Source of the DNA: Calditrichia bacterium
GTDB taxonomy: Bacteria; Calditrichota; Calditrichia; RBG-13-44-9; J075
DNA length: 64,000 nucleotides
Assembly: GCA_050633245.1 (NCBI GenBank)
Contig: JBOEGD010000024.1
Span: 32,001 to 96,000 of the forward strand
Reading direction: 5' to 3'
How positions within the stretch are numbered: the stretch's first letter is position 1; each line of letters begins with the position of its first letter. The position numbers and the translations under genes are program-made. Positions 18,740-27,482 of this stretch are shown here, one piece after another. The notes under the pieces are model-generated. The model was given only the letters and a program-made list of their open reading frames with translations, was not told the origin of the DNA and searched no databases.

Positions 18740-20564
18740 AATTAAAAAACGACTTCGTCAGCTGAGAGCCAAAATTCGACGTTTCTCCTCGCGTAAAATA
18801 TCCAATCGACTTATTCTGACGAATGTTGCTCTTGGCGCCATCCCACTGGTTGTTGTGGGGCTTTTTCTAATCTCATTAACTGCTAATACCGTGGAAAGCT
18901 ATATTCATCAGCGAAACTTAGAGACTGCTCGCAGAGCAGGAAACGACATCGCTTTATTTTTAAACCGACCGTTTACCATTCTTCAAACAACCGCCTTTAC
19001 TCAAGATATTGTATCGATGGCTCCGCTACAGCAGAACATCATGATCAATAAGCTAAAAAAAGAGAACCAGCTGTTCAATAAACTCTTTGTGGTGAACGAT
19101 AGCGGTAAGGTTATCGCGACGACTCGTTTTGGGGAAGAAAACTCCGATGTATCGCAGGAAGTCTTCTATCGCCAGGCGCTGGCAGATAGCGCCTATTTTT
19201 CAGATGTGTACTTTACAGGATCGCGATTTCCGGTGATGCTGATTTCAGAGCCGATTCGTCGTTATGGAAAGGTTGCCGGTGCACTGGCTGCCGAAGTCGA
19301 CCTTGAGAGTATTTGGAGCGTGGTAGACAGCATTCACATTGGCAAAACCGGTCTGGCCTTTTTACTGAGTGAAAAAGGCGAGGTTATTGCGCACCCGGAC
19401 AAGGCTGAAGTGCTGGACCGTCGTAATTTCTCGAGCTATGGCTTTTTTTCTAAATTGCGGGAAGGGATTAGCGGCGTAACGAATATTGAAAGTCGGGGTG
19501 AGCCGCAGGTTGCCGCGTTTGTTCCTATCTTTGAGCCGCCCTGGGGCGTCGTTGTGCTACAGTCTGAGCAGGAAGCCTTTATGCTGGCGAGCGAAATGCA
19601 GCGTCGCATTGTGATTGCGCTTTTCCTGACTATGCTTAGCGCTGTTTTACTCGGTATCTTTGGCGTGAAGCGCTTTACGCGTCCTTTGCTGGAATTAGTA
19701 CGCGGTGTGCGGGAATACGCCGGTGGTAATCTAAGCCATAAAATAGAAATGAACTCCAAAGATGAAATTGCCCTCTTGGCGCAGGAGTTCAACTCGATGG
19801 CGACTTCCTTAATGAAAAATCAACGTGAACTACAGCGAATGGAGCGGCTTGCCTCACTGAGTCGTTTTGCGGCTCTGGTGAGCCATGAAGTGCGCAATCC
19901 GCTGAATTCAATGAACATCAATATGCAGATCCTTAAGCGCTTAATAGACAAGCCGGAAGTGGACTCGGAGCGCAAAATAAAATATCTGGACGTTATCTCA
20001 TCGGAAATTACTCGAATTAACGATATGGTTACGAACTTCCTGACAATTTCCCGTCCACCGGAACTACAGCTTTCTCCAACGGATATTCACTCGGTCATCG
20101 ATGAAATTGTGCTACTTCAGGAAGCGCGCGCTGCCGCAGAGGGCGTCGAACTGAAACGCATTTTTTGCGAGTCTCCACTTGTCGGGCGACTGGATTACAA
20201 CCAGCTGAAGCAGGTTTTTATCAACCTGATTAACAATGCACTTGAAGCAATGAATGATTCGGGAACCATTTTCATTGAAACATCTATAAAAGAAGTAGCA
20301 TCTAACGATGATTCGGGAAGAAGAATGGCCCGAGTATCGTTTCGCGATACCGGCGAAGGGATTCCGGAAGAAATTTTGGCAGAGGTCTTCGAGTTTTACT
20401 ATACCACGAAGCGTGCCGGAACCGGCCTGGGACTTGCAATAGCAAAACAAATTGTTGAAGGTCATGGAGGAAGTGTCTATATTGAAACGACGGAACAGAT
20501 TGGAACGAGTGTGATTATCGATCTGCCAATTGGGCCGGTTGAAGAACCGATCGAAAAGCAGTAA
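18729..20564 (+). CDS. Sensor histidine kinase (TM-dCache-TM-HAMP-HisKA-HATPase)
   Basis: Two TM helices flanking a Cache-like domain (AFLLSEKGEVIAHPD), HAMP, H-box SHEVRNPL, N-box NLINNA, DTGEGI and GTGLGL. ATG 18729 overlaps the SBP gene end. Confidence 0.92.
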   Translation: MAIRIKKRLRQLRAKIRRFSSRKISNRLILTNVALGAIPLVVVGLFLISLTANTVESYIHQRNLETARRAGNDIALFLNRPFTILQTTAFTQDIVSMAPLQQNIMINKLKKENQLFNKLFVVNDSGKVIATTRFGEENSDVSQEVFYRQALADSAYFSDVYFTGSRFPVMLISEPIRRYGKVAGALAAEVDLESIWSVVDSIHIGKTGLAFLLSEKGEVIAHPDKAEVLDRRNFSSYGFFSKLREGISGVTNIESRGEPQVAAFVPIFEPPWGVVVLQSEQEAFMLASEMQRRIVIALFLTMLSAVLLGIFGVKRFTRPLLELVRGVREYAGGNLSHKIEMNSKDEIALLAQEFNSMATSLMKNQRELQRMERLASLSRFAALVSHEVRNPLNSMNINMQILKRLIDKPEVDSERKIKYLDVISSEITRINDMVTNFLTISRPPELQLSPTDIHSVIDEIVLLQEARAAAEGVELKRIFCESPLVGRLDYNQLKQVFINLINNALEAMNDSGTIFIETSIKEVASNDDSGRRMARVSFRDTGEGIPEEILAEVFEFYYTTKRAGTGLGLAIAKQIVEGHGGSVYIETTEQIGTSVIIDLPIGPVEEPIEKQ

Positions 20565-20715
20565 GGCGTTTCAATTATATTTTTTAAGAATTCTTCTTTA
20601 TACCGGCGAATGAGCTGGAATAAGACCGATAACCTATCATCAGATTATTTACTTATCGCAGCGAGGTAGTGATTGGGGGCTTTTTCTACCACATCAATCT
20701 GCGAGGCAAGAACGA

Positions 20716-22086
20716 ATGAATGAACGGATACTAATTGTCGAGGATGACATTAACACCCTTAACGGGTTGGCGGAAATACTTGAGGACGAGAAATTTGCCG
20801 TCAGCAAGTCTAAGAATTCGCGCCAGGCTTTAGGGCAGCTAAAAGAGAACAGCTTTGATGTTCTGCTGGTAGACTACCTGCTGCCCGATACCGATGGACT
20901 CCATCTGTGTAAAGATGTGCTCGGAGAGCAACCCGATATTAAGATTATTATGATGACCGCTTTTGGCACGGTTAAGAATGCCGTGGATGCCATGAAGCTG
21001 GGAATTTACGATTACCTCACCAAGCCTATAAATTTGGATGAGCTGCTTATCGTCCTGCGTCGTGCGATTCAGGAACAGCAGCTGATTTCAGAGAACCGCT
21101 CGCTTAAGTCGAAAATTAATAAGACCTATAGCTTCGATAACATTATCGGAGTCAGCGGAAAAATGCAGCAGGTCTTTCAGAAAGTCTCGAAAGTTGCGGT
21201 ATCCGATGCTACAGTCTTAATACGCGGACAGAGTGGAACCGGTAAAGAGTTGATTGCGCGTTCTATTCACTATCAAAGTCAACGTAATGAACATCCGCTG
21301 GTCGAGATAAACTGCGCATCCATTCCTGAAAATTTGTTGGAAAGCGAACTCTTCGGTCATGAGAAAGGCGCATTTACCGGCGCTTATAAGATGAAGAAGG
21401 GCAAATTTGAAGTCGCCGATAAAGGATCGCTCTTTTTGGATGAGATCGGTGAATTGCCGATGTCTCTTCAGGCCAAACTACTGCGGGTGCTTCAGGAAAA
21501 GCGCTTTAATCGCGTAGGTGGTGTCACCAACCTGGAAGTCGATGTGCGTCTTATCGCTGCGACGAATGCCGATCTTGAGCAAAAAATGCGCGACGGGCTT
21601 TTTCGGGAAGATTTGTATTATCGCCTGAACGTTATTCCGATACTTATTCCACCGTTGCGTGAAAGACTGGAAGATATTGGGCCCTTAGTAGAGCACTTTA
21701 TCGCCAAATATGCCGAGAAGAATGGACGACAGATGTCCGGTATTTCGGACGATGCGCTAAAGATTATGATGAAGTATGAGTGGCCTGGAAACGTGCGGGA
21801 GCTCGAAAACGCCATCGAAAATGCCATCGTCATGTGCGATAGTGAGGTTGTAACGGCTGAGGATTTACCTGCGTATTTACAACAGTCGGAAACGACCAAT
21901 ATGCCGCTGCTAAATATCGTGGTGGGTGACAAGGAACTTGGGTATCGTGAAAAATTGGATGCCTGCGAACGTGAGATTATCAGGCAGGCATTGATAGATA
22001 CGTCGAATAACAAGACCCGTGCCGCGAAAAAGCTTGGCTTTACGCTGCGAACGATGCGCAATAAAGCGAAAAAGTACGACCTTTAA
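20716..22086 (+). CDS. Sigma-54-dependent response regulator (NtrC/AtoC/ZraR family)
   Basis: REC domain, GQSGTGKE, ESELFGHEKGAFTGA, FLDEIGE, WPGNVREL and Fis-type HTH. Confidence 0.95.
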   Translation: MNERILIVEDDINTLNGLAEILEDEKFAVSKSKNSRQALGQLKENSFDVLLVDYLLPDTDGLHLCKDVLGEQPDIKIIMMTAFGTVKNAVDAMKLGIYDYLTKPINLDELLIVLRRAIQEQQLISENRSLKSKINKTYSFDNIIGVSGKMQQVFQKVSKVAVSDATVLIRGQSGTGKELIARSIHYQSQRNEHPLVEINCASIPENLLESELFGHEKGAFTGAYKMKKGKFEVADKGSLFLDEIGELPMSLQAKLLRVLQEKRFNRVGGVTNLEVDVRLIAATNADLEQKMRDGLFREDLYYRLNVIPILIPPLRERLEDIGPLVEHFIAKYAEKNGRQMSGISDDALKIMMKYEWPGNVRELENAIENAIVMCDSEVVTAEDLPAYLQQSETTNMPLLNIVVGDKELGYREKLDACEREIIRQALIDTSNNKTRAAKKLGFTLRTMRNKAKKYDL

Positions 22087-22127
22087 AACGTGATCTTTAT
22101 ACACCCTCACCCAAAAGGGAGATTATT

Positions 22128-22781
22128 ATGAACCGTTTTTTTCTAATATTAGCGATGCTGTTTCTGTCCATCGGATTATTTGCTCAGTCTGAGGGGACTG
22201 GTGGTGTGGACGATAACTGGTTTGGACATCAGCAGGTAGAACATGCCGGCACATCCTGGGAAGATTTCCAGGATCGCAGTGGCCGCGCCTTGTTTACCGC
22301 CGGCCCGGGTTATGTTGGTTCTTCCCTGGCTTACTTTATGAATGGCGGTGGGCGTTTGCAGTATGGTCTTAATCTGGATCTTGTAACGGTTTTCGATGGT
22401 GCTCAGCAGCGTCTTACTCAAGCCGGATACACGGTTAGCCAAAGCGAACAGGCGTTTTTGGTGCCGCTATGGTTATCGATGAAAGTTAAAGTAACGGATA
22501 ATCCATTTGCGAAGTTTGCACCCTATGTTATTACCGGTGCTGGTCCTACGCTGGGCCTGAAGTTTAATGATGCCTCTACCTTTAGCAATATCATCAGCAA
22601 TGTAGAAGGTGAGCTTGGTGGTGGTGCATTTTTGGGTGCCGGTGTCGACTTTATGTGGATGGAGCGCTGGGCAATTAGCACGGACGTCCGATACAACTTT
22701 GTGAAGTTCAACGACACGCTTGGCCTTAGCGATGAATATCGCGGTGTATCGTTTTCGTTTGGATTTATTCGGGCATTTTAA
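22128..22781 (+). CDS. Outer-membrane beta-barrel protein (OmpW/OMP_b-brl-like)
   Basis: Signal peptide, amphipathic strands (PYVITGAG, GAGVDF) and C-terminal Phe. Confidence 0.7.
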   Translation: MNRFFLILAMLFLSIGLFAQSEGTGGVDDNWFGHQQVEHAGTSWEDFQDRSGRALFTAGPGYVGSSLAYFMNGGGRLQYGLNLDLVTVFDGAQQRLTQAGYTVSQSEQAFLVPLWLSMKVKVTDNPFAKFAPYVITGAGPTLGLKFNDASTFSNIISNVEGELGGGAFLGAGVDFMWMERWAISTDVRYNFVKFNDTLGLSDEYRGVSFSFGFIRAF

Positions 22782-22800
22782 TTGATGAATGATGATTGAT

Positions 22801-22930
22801 CATTGATGCGAATTACGGTTTGAAGTTCATGGCATAATTAGAGACGAAAATGTGCGCTTCGACTCCTCTCAGCACGACATTTTCGTCTCTAAAGTATAGC
22901 CAAAGCTTCAACATGTAATTCACATCATTG
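22801..22930. repeat. Long imperfect inverted repeat (~130 nt) with a perfect 16-bp core
   Basis: TTAGAGACGAAAATGT (22838-53) pairs with ACATTTTCGTCTCTAA (22877-92). The arms extend outward imperfectly to CATTGATGCGAATTAC and GTAATTCACATCATTG. Confidence 0.85.
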
Positions 22931-22955
22931 ACTATTGCCCACTAAAAATTAGATT

Positions 22956-23027
22956 CCCTGTCGCCTTGTCGCCTTGTCGCCTTGTCGCCTTGTCGCCCCG
23001 TCACCCCGTCACCCCGTCACCCCGTCC
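22956..23027. repeat. 8-bp tandem repeat, 9 units
   Basis: CCCTGTCG, (CCTTGTCG)x4, (CCCCGTCA)x3, CCCCGTCC. Confidence 0.95.
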
Positions 23028-23105
23028 ATCTACTCAGGTATTTCCCCTAAAATGACGATAGTGAAAGCACAATAATGGATTATTGTGGATCAGCAAGGGA
23101 GTGCA

Positions 23106-23960
23106 ATGAATAGTACGATTGAACAGGTTGCGGCAGGTATTTCGCGATTACCCGCGATTCCATCTGTCGCCGGAGAGCTACTTCGCCTCTGCCGGGAGAA
23201 TGGTGACGATGAAAACACGCTGAACATGCTCATTCGAAGCGATCCGGCTTTACTGTGCTATATCTTAAAAGTGAGTAACGCAGCATACTTTGGCAAACCG
23301 GCGGCAATCTTTACGCTAACTGAAGCAATCGAGCAGTTGGGAATACGCAAAATACGCGATATTGCAAAAGGACATGCCTGTTTTAGCCTGGCAAAGCTAG
23401 CGGACTATCCTCCACAAGCCGAGCGATGCTGGCAGCACATTCTGTTGAGAACAATTGCCGCGGAATGCGTTGCCGAACAGTATAGTCCATCTGAGAGTGA
23501 ATATTTTATGACGCTGACGGCCTTAAGTCATATTGGTGAGCTGGCAAAAATCAACCAAAATGCGGTTGAATCGCTCAATGGCAATACTTCAGATGAAAAA
23601 AAGTTGTTTTTAAATTTTGATCAGCACGAATTTGGGGCTATTATATTAAAAAAATGGAATTTACCGGAGCAAATTCCGATAATTATTCGCTCGTTGAATA
23701 ATCCGGATGCTATTTCAGAGATGCCAATGCTTTATCGGCATGTCCGGTTTGTTCTTCTTGCCAGGGAACTGGCTGACTATCTGCGGCACGGCAACCACAG
23801 CGCAACCGATAACAGAAGATTATGGGATGCTGTTAACTCCGGCTTGTGCGCCTCCACAGATGCGTTTATTACACTTGCAGGTTCCATTCGGCAACGCGTT
23901 CAAAACTATATCCGTGCTATTTTGGCACTGGGTATTCGGGTAGGGGACACCGGTTTATGA
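23106..23960 (+). CDS. HDOD-domain protein
   Basis: LPAIPSVA, DPALLCYILKVSNAAYFG, EAIEQLG, WQH and HEFGAIILKKWNLP motifs. The usual LHDIGK reads LSHIGE. Start is ATG 23106 or GTG 23085. Confidence 0.85.
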   Translation: MNSTIEQVAAGISRLPAIPSVAGELLRLCRENGDDENTLNMLIRSDPALLCYILKVSNAAYFGKPAAIFTLTEAIEQLGIRKIRDIAKGHACFSLAKLADYPPQAERCWQHILLRTIAAECVAEQYSPSESEYFMTLTALSHIGELAKINQNAVESLNGNTSDEKKLFLNFDQHEFGAIILKKWNLPEQIPIIIRSLNNPDAISEMPMLYRHVRFVLLARELADYLRHGNHSATDNRRLWDAVNSGLCASTDAFITLAGSIRQRVQNYIRAILALGIRVGDTGL

Positions 23961-26218
23961 GTGCGCGTTCAAATATCAGCAGTTATTTCGAAAGCATTCT
24001 GGTTTCCATTAAAAACATGGAACAGGGTGCAAAAATGTTCGATAAGCTTCATGTTTTGGGAAAGGAAATTTCCCAGCTGGAGCGCTATGTCAAAAGTTCA
24101 TTTGAAACGTTAGACAATCATTTTCAAGCCTACATTGAGCAGATCAATCTGCTATCCAGCCTAATTGAATTTCAGCGTAAAGTGGTTCACTATCGCACGC
24201 CCGACGACATGGCTGAGGCTGCTTTTCGCTATGTCCACGATAATGTCGGTTTCGATGACGCTTTTTTACTGTTGGAAATCGGTTCGGAAAAAAGCGGTGG
24301 AAACATCATCGCAGCGGATCGTGAAAAGCTGCCGCAATACGAAAAATTCCTCTCAGACAATGATAATGCCGGACGCCTGAAGCGCATGATCGAGGACAAA
24401 GATCTGGGCATGATCCTCAGCAATGTCGATCAGTTTCAATCCGATCAGCTATCCTGGCACTTGTTGGATGCAAAATCTGCCATTATCTTTCCACTCCGCG
24501 TTCAGGGAAAATTTCTGGGATTCGGCGTAATGATTCGTCGCAAGAACCCGTTTTTACTAAACCAGCTTTCGTTTGTCAATCTAATCCTCGGCATGCTTTC
24601 GCTTCTGATTTTCCAGCATTACTATCTGTTTCACCTAAAGCGAAAGCTGTTCAAACAGGTAAAGCTGCAAAAAGTGCTGGAGAAGGTTACCTTCGCCGAG
24701 TATTTCGATCATGGTCCACTGTTTATTTATTCTTTGGATCAACGCGGTGTCATATTGCATGCTAACAATGCAGCTCTGGATCGCATCAATCGCGAAAAGG
24801 CCAGCGTTATTGGTGAAAGTTTTATGAGCTTTTTGGTCGATGCGGATCGCAAGCCGGTAGAGAATATGTTAAATAAGCTACAGCTTGGAGAGCTAAAGTT
24901 TTACCAGGCCAGGATGCGGCCATCTGGAACGGAACCACTGATTTGTGACTTCTATTTAACCAAAATGGAGCTGCATGATCGCTTCAATTTGAATATTATT
25001 TTTGCCGTCGATATTACGCAAAAATTTTATCAGCAGCAGCTCGAGCAGCGCAATCGCATTTTAGACAGTGTCGGACAGGTTGCACGACGATTGAACTCGC
25101 AGCTTAACGACCTGCTTTCAGTTGCGGTGCCGCATGTTAGTCTTCTAAAAACTCGCTTGGAGAATACCGAAAACAGTTCAAGTTTGCTGGCGGTTGAAAA
25201 TGCGCTTGAAAAAACCGGCAGTATGGCCAGGAAGTTCCTGAACTACGATCTGGTCGATATCGAACGACCGATGCGCATACAGCTTAACGATCTGCTACGT
25301 GATACGGCGATGGGGCTTCAGGATGGTCTGCAGGGAGATGTGCGTTTCGATTTTGCACTGGATCCAGGCATCCCACTGCTGCAGACATTTCCGAAACGCC
25401 TGACCCAGCTGGTAAAAATTTTGACGCAAAACAGTCTTGAGGTTGTTGGGAACGATGGAGTTATCCGCTACTCAACGCAGATTGTGGTGCGAAAGAGTGA
25501 CGGCGTTTTAAGGCCGCAAATGATCCATTTGCAAAAGGGCCGCTTTGTTGAGTTTGTGGTGAGTGATAATGGACCGGGAATCCCGCAGCACGAGCTGAAT
25601 GATATTTTCAGGCCATTCTATTCAAATAAAGTAAAAAATGACAGCCTTGGTATGGGTTTATTCGTTGCTTATTCAATAGTCAAAGATATGGGCGGCGAGA
25701 TTGTTGCCCGGAGTCTGCCAGGTGAAGGTGCTTCGCTGCATGTTTTTCTCCCTCTTGGTGAGAAAGCAGAACCAGAGCTTAAAATAGTACCGAATGGCAA
25801 AAGCCGCAAACCGGTGATTTTGATTGTCGATGATGAGTATACGATTCGCGAAATGCTTCGTGAAATTTTTGAAGAGCGCCACTTTAAAGTTCATACTGCT
25901 GCCGATGGTATGGAGGGCACGAAGATTTTTGAACAACATCAGAATGAGATTGACTTAGTGATACTGGATATGGTTATGCCGGTGTTGGATGGCAAAGCAG
26001 CCTTCGAAGCAATTCGGCAGATAAAGCCCGATCAGCGCGTGATTGTAATCAGCGGCTACAGTAAGCAGGAAGATCTACAGGAACTTCTGATGAAAGGCGT
26101 TTCCCAATTTCTCAGCAAACCCTTTCAGCTGGGTGAGCTGGTGCGATGTGTTGAAAAGGCACTGCAGGAAAAAGAGGCTAACGACAGTGCTCCAGAAAAA
26201 CATCCGGATCCTGCTTAA
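23957..26218 (+). CDS. Cytoplasmic hybrid sensor kinase-like protein (GAF-like-PAS-HisKA*-HATPase-REC) lacking the phospho-acceptor His
   Basis: ATGA overlap with the HDOD stop. PAS (SLDQRGVILHANN), DNGPGI, FRPFYSNK, GMGL and an intact REC (VDDE, ILDMVMP, SG, KPF). The H-box position reads VARRLNSQLNDLL. Confidence 0.85.
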   Translation: MSARSNISSYFESILVSIKNMEQGAKMFDKLHVLGKEISQLERYVKSSFETLDNHFQAYIEQINLLSSLIEFQRKVVHYRTPDDMAEAAFRYVHDNVGFDDAFLLLEIGSEKSGGNIIAADREKLPQYEKFLSDNDNAGRLKRMIEDKDLGMILSNVDQFQSDQLSWHLLDAKSAIIFPLRVQGKFLGFGVMIRRKNPFLLNQLSFVNLILGMLSLLIFQHYYLFHLKRKLFKQVKLQKVLEKVTFAEYFDHGPLFIYSLDQRGVILHANNAALDRINREKASVIGESFMSFLVDADRKPVENMLNKLQLGELKFYQARMRPSGTEPLICDFYLTKMELHDRFNLNIIFAVDITQKFYQQQLEQRNRILDSVGQVARRLNSQLNDLLSVAVPHVSLLKTRLENTENSSSLLAVENALEKTGSMARKFLNYDLVDIERPMRIQLNDLLRDTAMGLQDGLQGDVRFDFALDPGIPLLQTFPKRLTQLVKILTQNSLEVVGNDGVIRYSTQIVVRKSDGVLRPQMIHLQKGRFVEFVVSDNGPGIPQHELNDIFRPFYSNKVKNDSLGMGLFVAYSIVKDMGGEIVARSLPGEGASLHVFLPLGEKAEPELKIVPNGKSRKPVILIVDDEYTIREMLREIFEERHFKVHTAADGMEGTKIFEQHQNEIDLVILDMVMPVLDGKAAFEAIRQIKPDQRVIVISGYSKQEDLQELLMKGVSQFLSKPFQLGELVRCVEKALQEKEANDSAPEKHPDPA

Positions 26219-26405
26219 GATCAACAGCGTACAGCCGTACCAGCTCCGGAGAAAGAAAATCCTCATTGGGAAGCGTTAATCTTTCAAATGGAAAGTTCGT
26301 ATTACGCATAACCGTAACCTGCGGTGTTTTCAAATCTTCTAAAAATCCAAGATTTTGAATAGTTCGCACGAGGTTTACCCTTGAGATTTGCTCACGGGTC
26401 GGCAC
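26178..26405 (-). CDS. HicA-fold small protein lacking the GSH motif (75 aa)
   Basis: From GTG 26405: MPTREQISRVNLVRTIQNLGF...QVTVMRN...RLTLPNEDFLSPELVRLY...DPDVFLE. Size and pattern match HicA, and it lies directly downstream of hicB. Confidence 0.55.
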   Translation of the reverse strand: MPTREQISRVNLVRTIQNLGFLEDLKTPQVTVMRNTNFPFERLTLPNEDFLSPELVRLYAVDLKQDPDVFLEHCR

Positions 26406-26448
26406 GGGCGCTGGTGTTATCAGCTTACCTGTCTTTGCTGCAGACTTC

Positions 26449-26640
26449 TTACGCGGTTGTCTGGTAGTCGATTTTTTCGTGGCGCTGTTTGTGGCTGACG
26501 ATGTAGGCTTTGATTGCCCCTTCGATTGCCTGCTGCGCCTCTTCTTCGCTTTTTGATTCAATATGACACCCTTTTAGCGTTGGACAGCTCGCTAAATAAA
26601 TTTTTTCGTCAATTTTTCGAATCACAATCTTTAACTTCAT
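26449..26640 (-). CDS. hicB: HicB-family antitoxin (UPF0150, no DNA-binding domain)
   Basis: YLASCPTLKGCHIESKSEEEAQQAIEGAIKAY matches the HicB partial RNase H fold pattern. Confidence 0.82.
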   Translation of the reverse strand: MKLKIVIRKIDEKIYLASCPTLKGCHIESKSEEEAQQAIEGAIKAYIVSHKQRHEKIDYQTTA

Positions 26641-26726
26641 TTCTGAGACCCTTACGTATTCGAGTCAATATAATAAGATAGATGTGACAATACAATAATT
26701 GTGCTAATAAGGATTACTATCAAGCA

Positions 26727-27482
26727 ATGGAAATAGTTTCGAAGAATGTAGTATTTGTTTTGGTCGAACCGGAGACGCCTGGGAACGTGGGCTCAGCAGC
26801 ACGGGCTATAAAAACCATGGGCTTTAACAGGATGGCATTGGTGAACCCTTGTGACCATCTAAGCAGAGATGCGCGAATGCTTGCGCACGGATCGAACGAT
26901 ATCCTCGAGGCCGCTCAAGTGTTCTCTACTCTGGAGGAAGCGGTATGGGATTCCAATCTGGTTATTGCGACAACAAATCGCAAACGCGACTTTCAACATC
27001 CGATATTTACTCCCGAACAAGTTGCAGAACGTGCGATTATTGCATCGAATGAACATAAAGTTGCGCTGGTTTTTGGGCGTGAAAGTAAGGGGCTTACCAA
27101 TGAAGAACTTACCACCTGCCATTTAATGTCTACCATTCCGGCGGTGTTAAATCATCCTTCATTAAACTTAGCCCAGTCTATTATGCTTTATGCCTACTCG
27201 CTACATCGTGCCACGGTGCCAGACGATCGGGTTTATCGCTGGGACTTAGCCAGCTACGAAAATGTTCAGGGTGTTTACAGGCATTTGCAGGAAAGCCTGG
27301 AAAGCGTAGACTTTGTTCCCAAAGACAACTGGCCGAGCTTTATTATGCGCTTTAAGCGGGTTTTCGCCCGCGCAAACCCAGAGGAGCGAGATGTTCGACT
27401 GATGCACAAGATTTTACAGTCGTTCGATTTCTACATCGAGGGCTTGAGAAAAAAGAACCTCATGGAGGGAGATAAGAAATGA
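26727..27482 (+). CDS. trmJ: tRNA 2'-O-methyltransferase, TrmJ/LasT (SPOUT) family
   Basis: VLVEPETPGNVGSAARAIKTMG, FGRESKGLTNEE and SLNLAQS motifs. Confidence 0.88.
   Translation: MEIVSKNVVFVLVEPETPGNVGSAARAIKTMGFNRMALVNPCDHLSRDARMLAHGSNDILEAAQVFSTLEEAVWDSNLVIATTNRKRDFQHPIFTPEQVAERAIIASNEHKVALVFGRESKGLTNEELTTCHLMSTIPAVLNHPSLNLAQSIMLYAYSLHRATVPDDRVYRWDLASYENVQGVYRHLQESLESVDFVPKDNWPSFIMRFKRVFARANPEERDVRLMHKILQSFDFYIEGLRKKNLMEGDKK

Noticed and set aside
20611-20632. Sigma-28 promoter before the NtrC-family gene (ACCGATAA)
   Set aside because: There is no acceptable -35 element at 14-16 nt.
26406-26561. Lys/Ser-rich N-terminal part of the 127-aa ORF 26178-26561
   Set aside because: It is mostly an alternative-frame read of hicB; the HicA-like pattern starts at GTG 26405.
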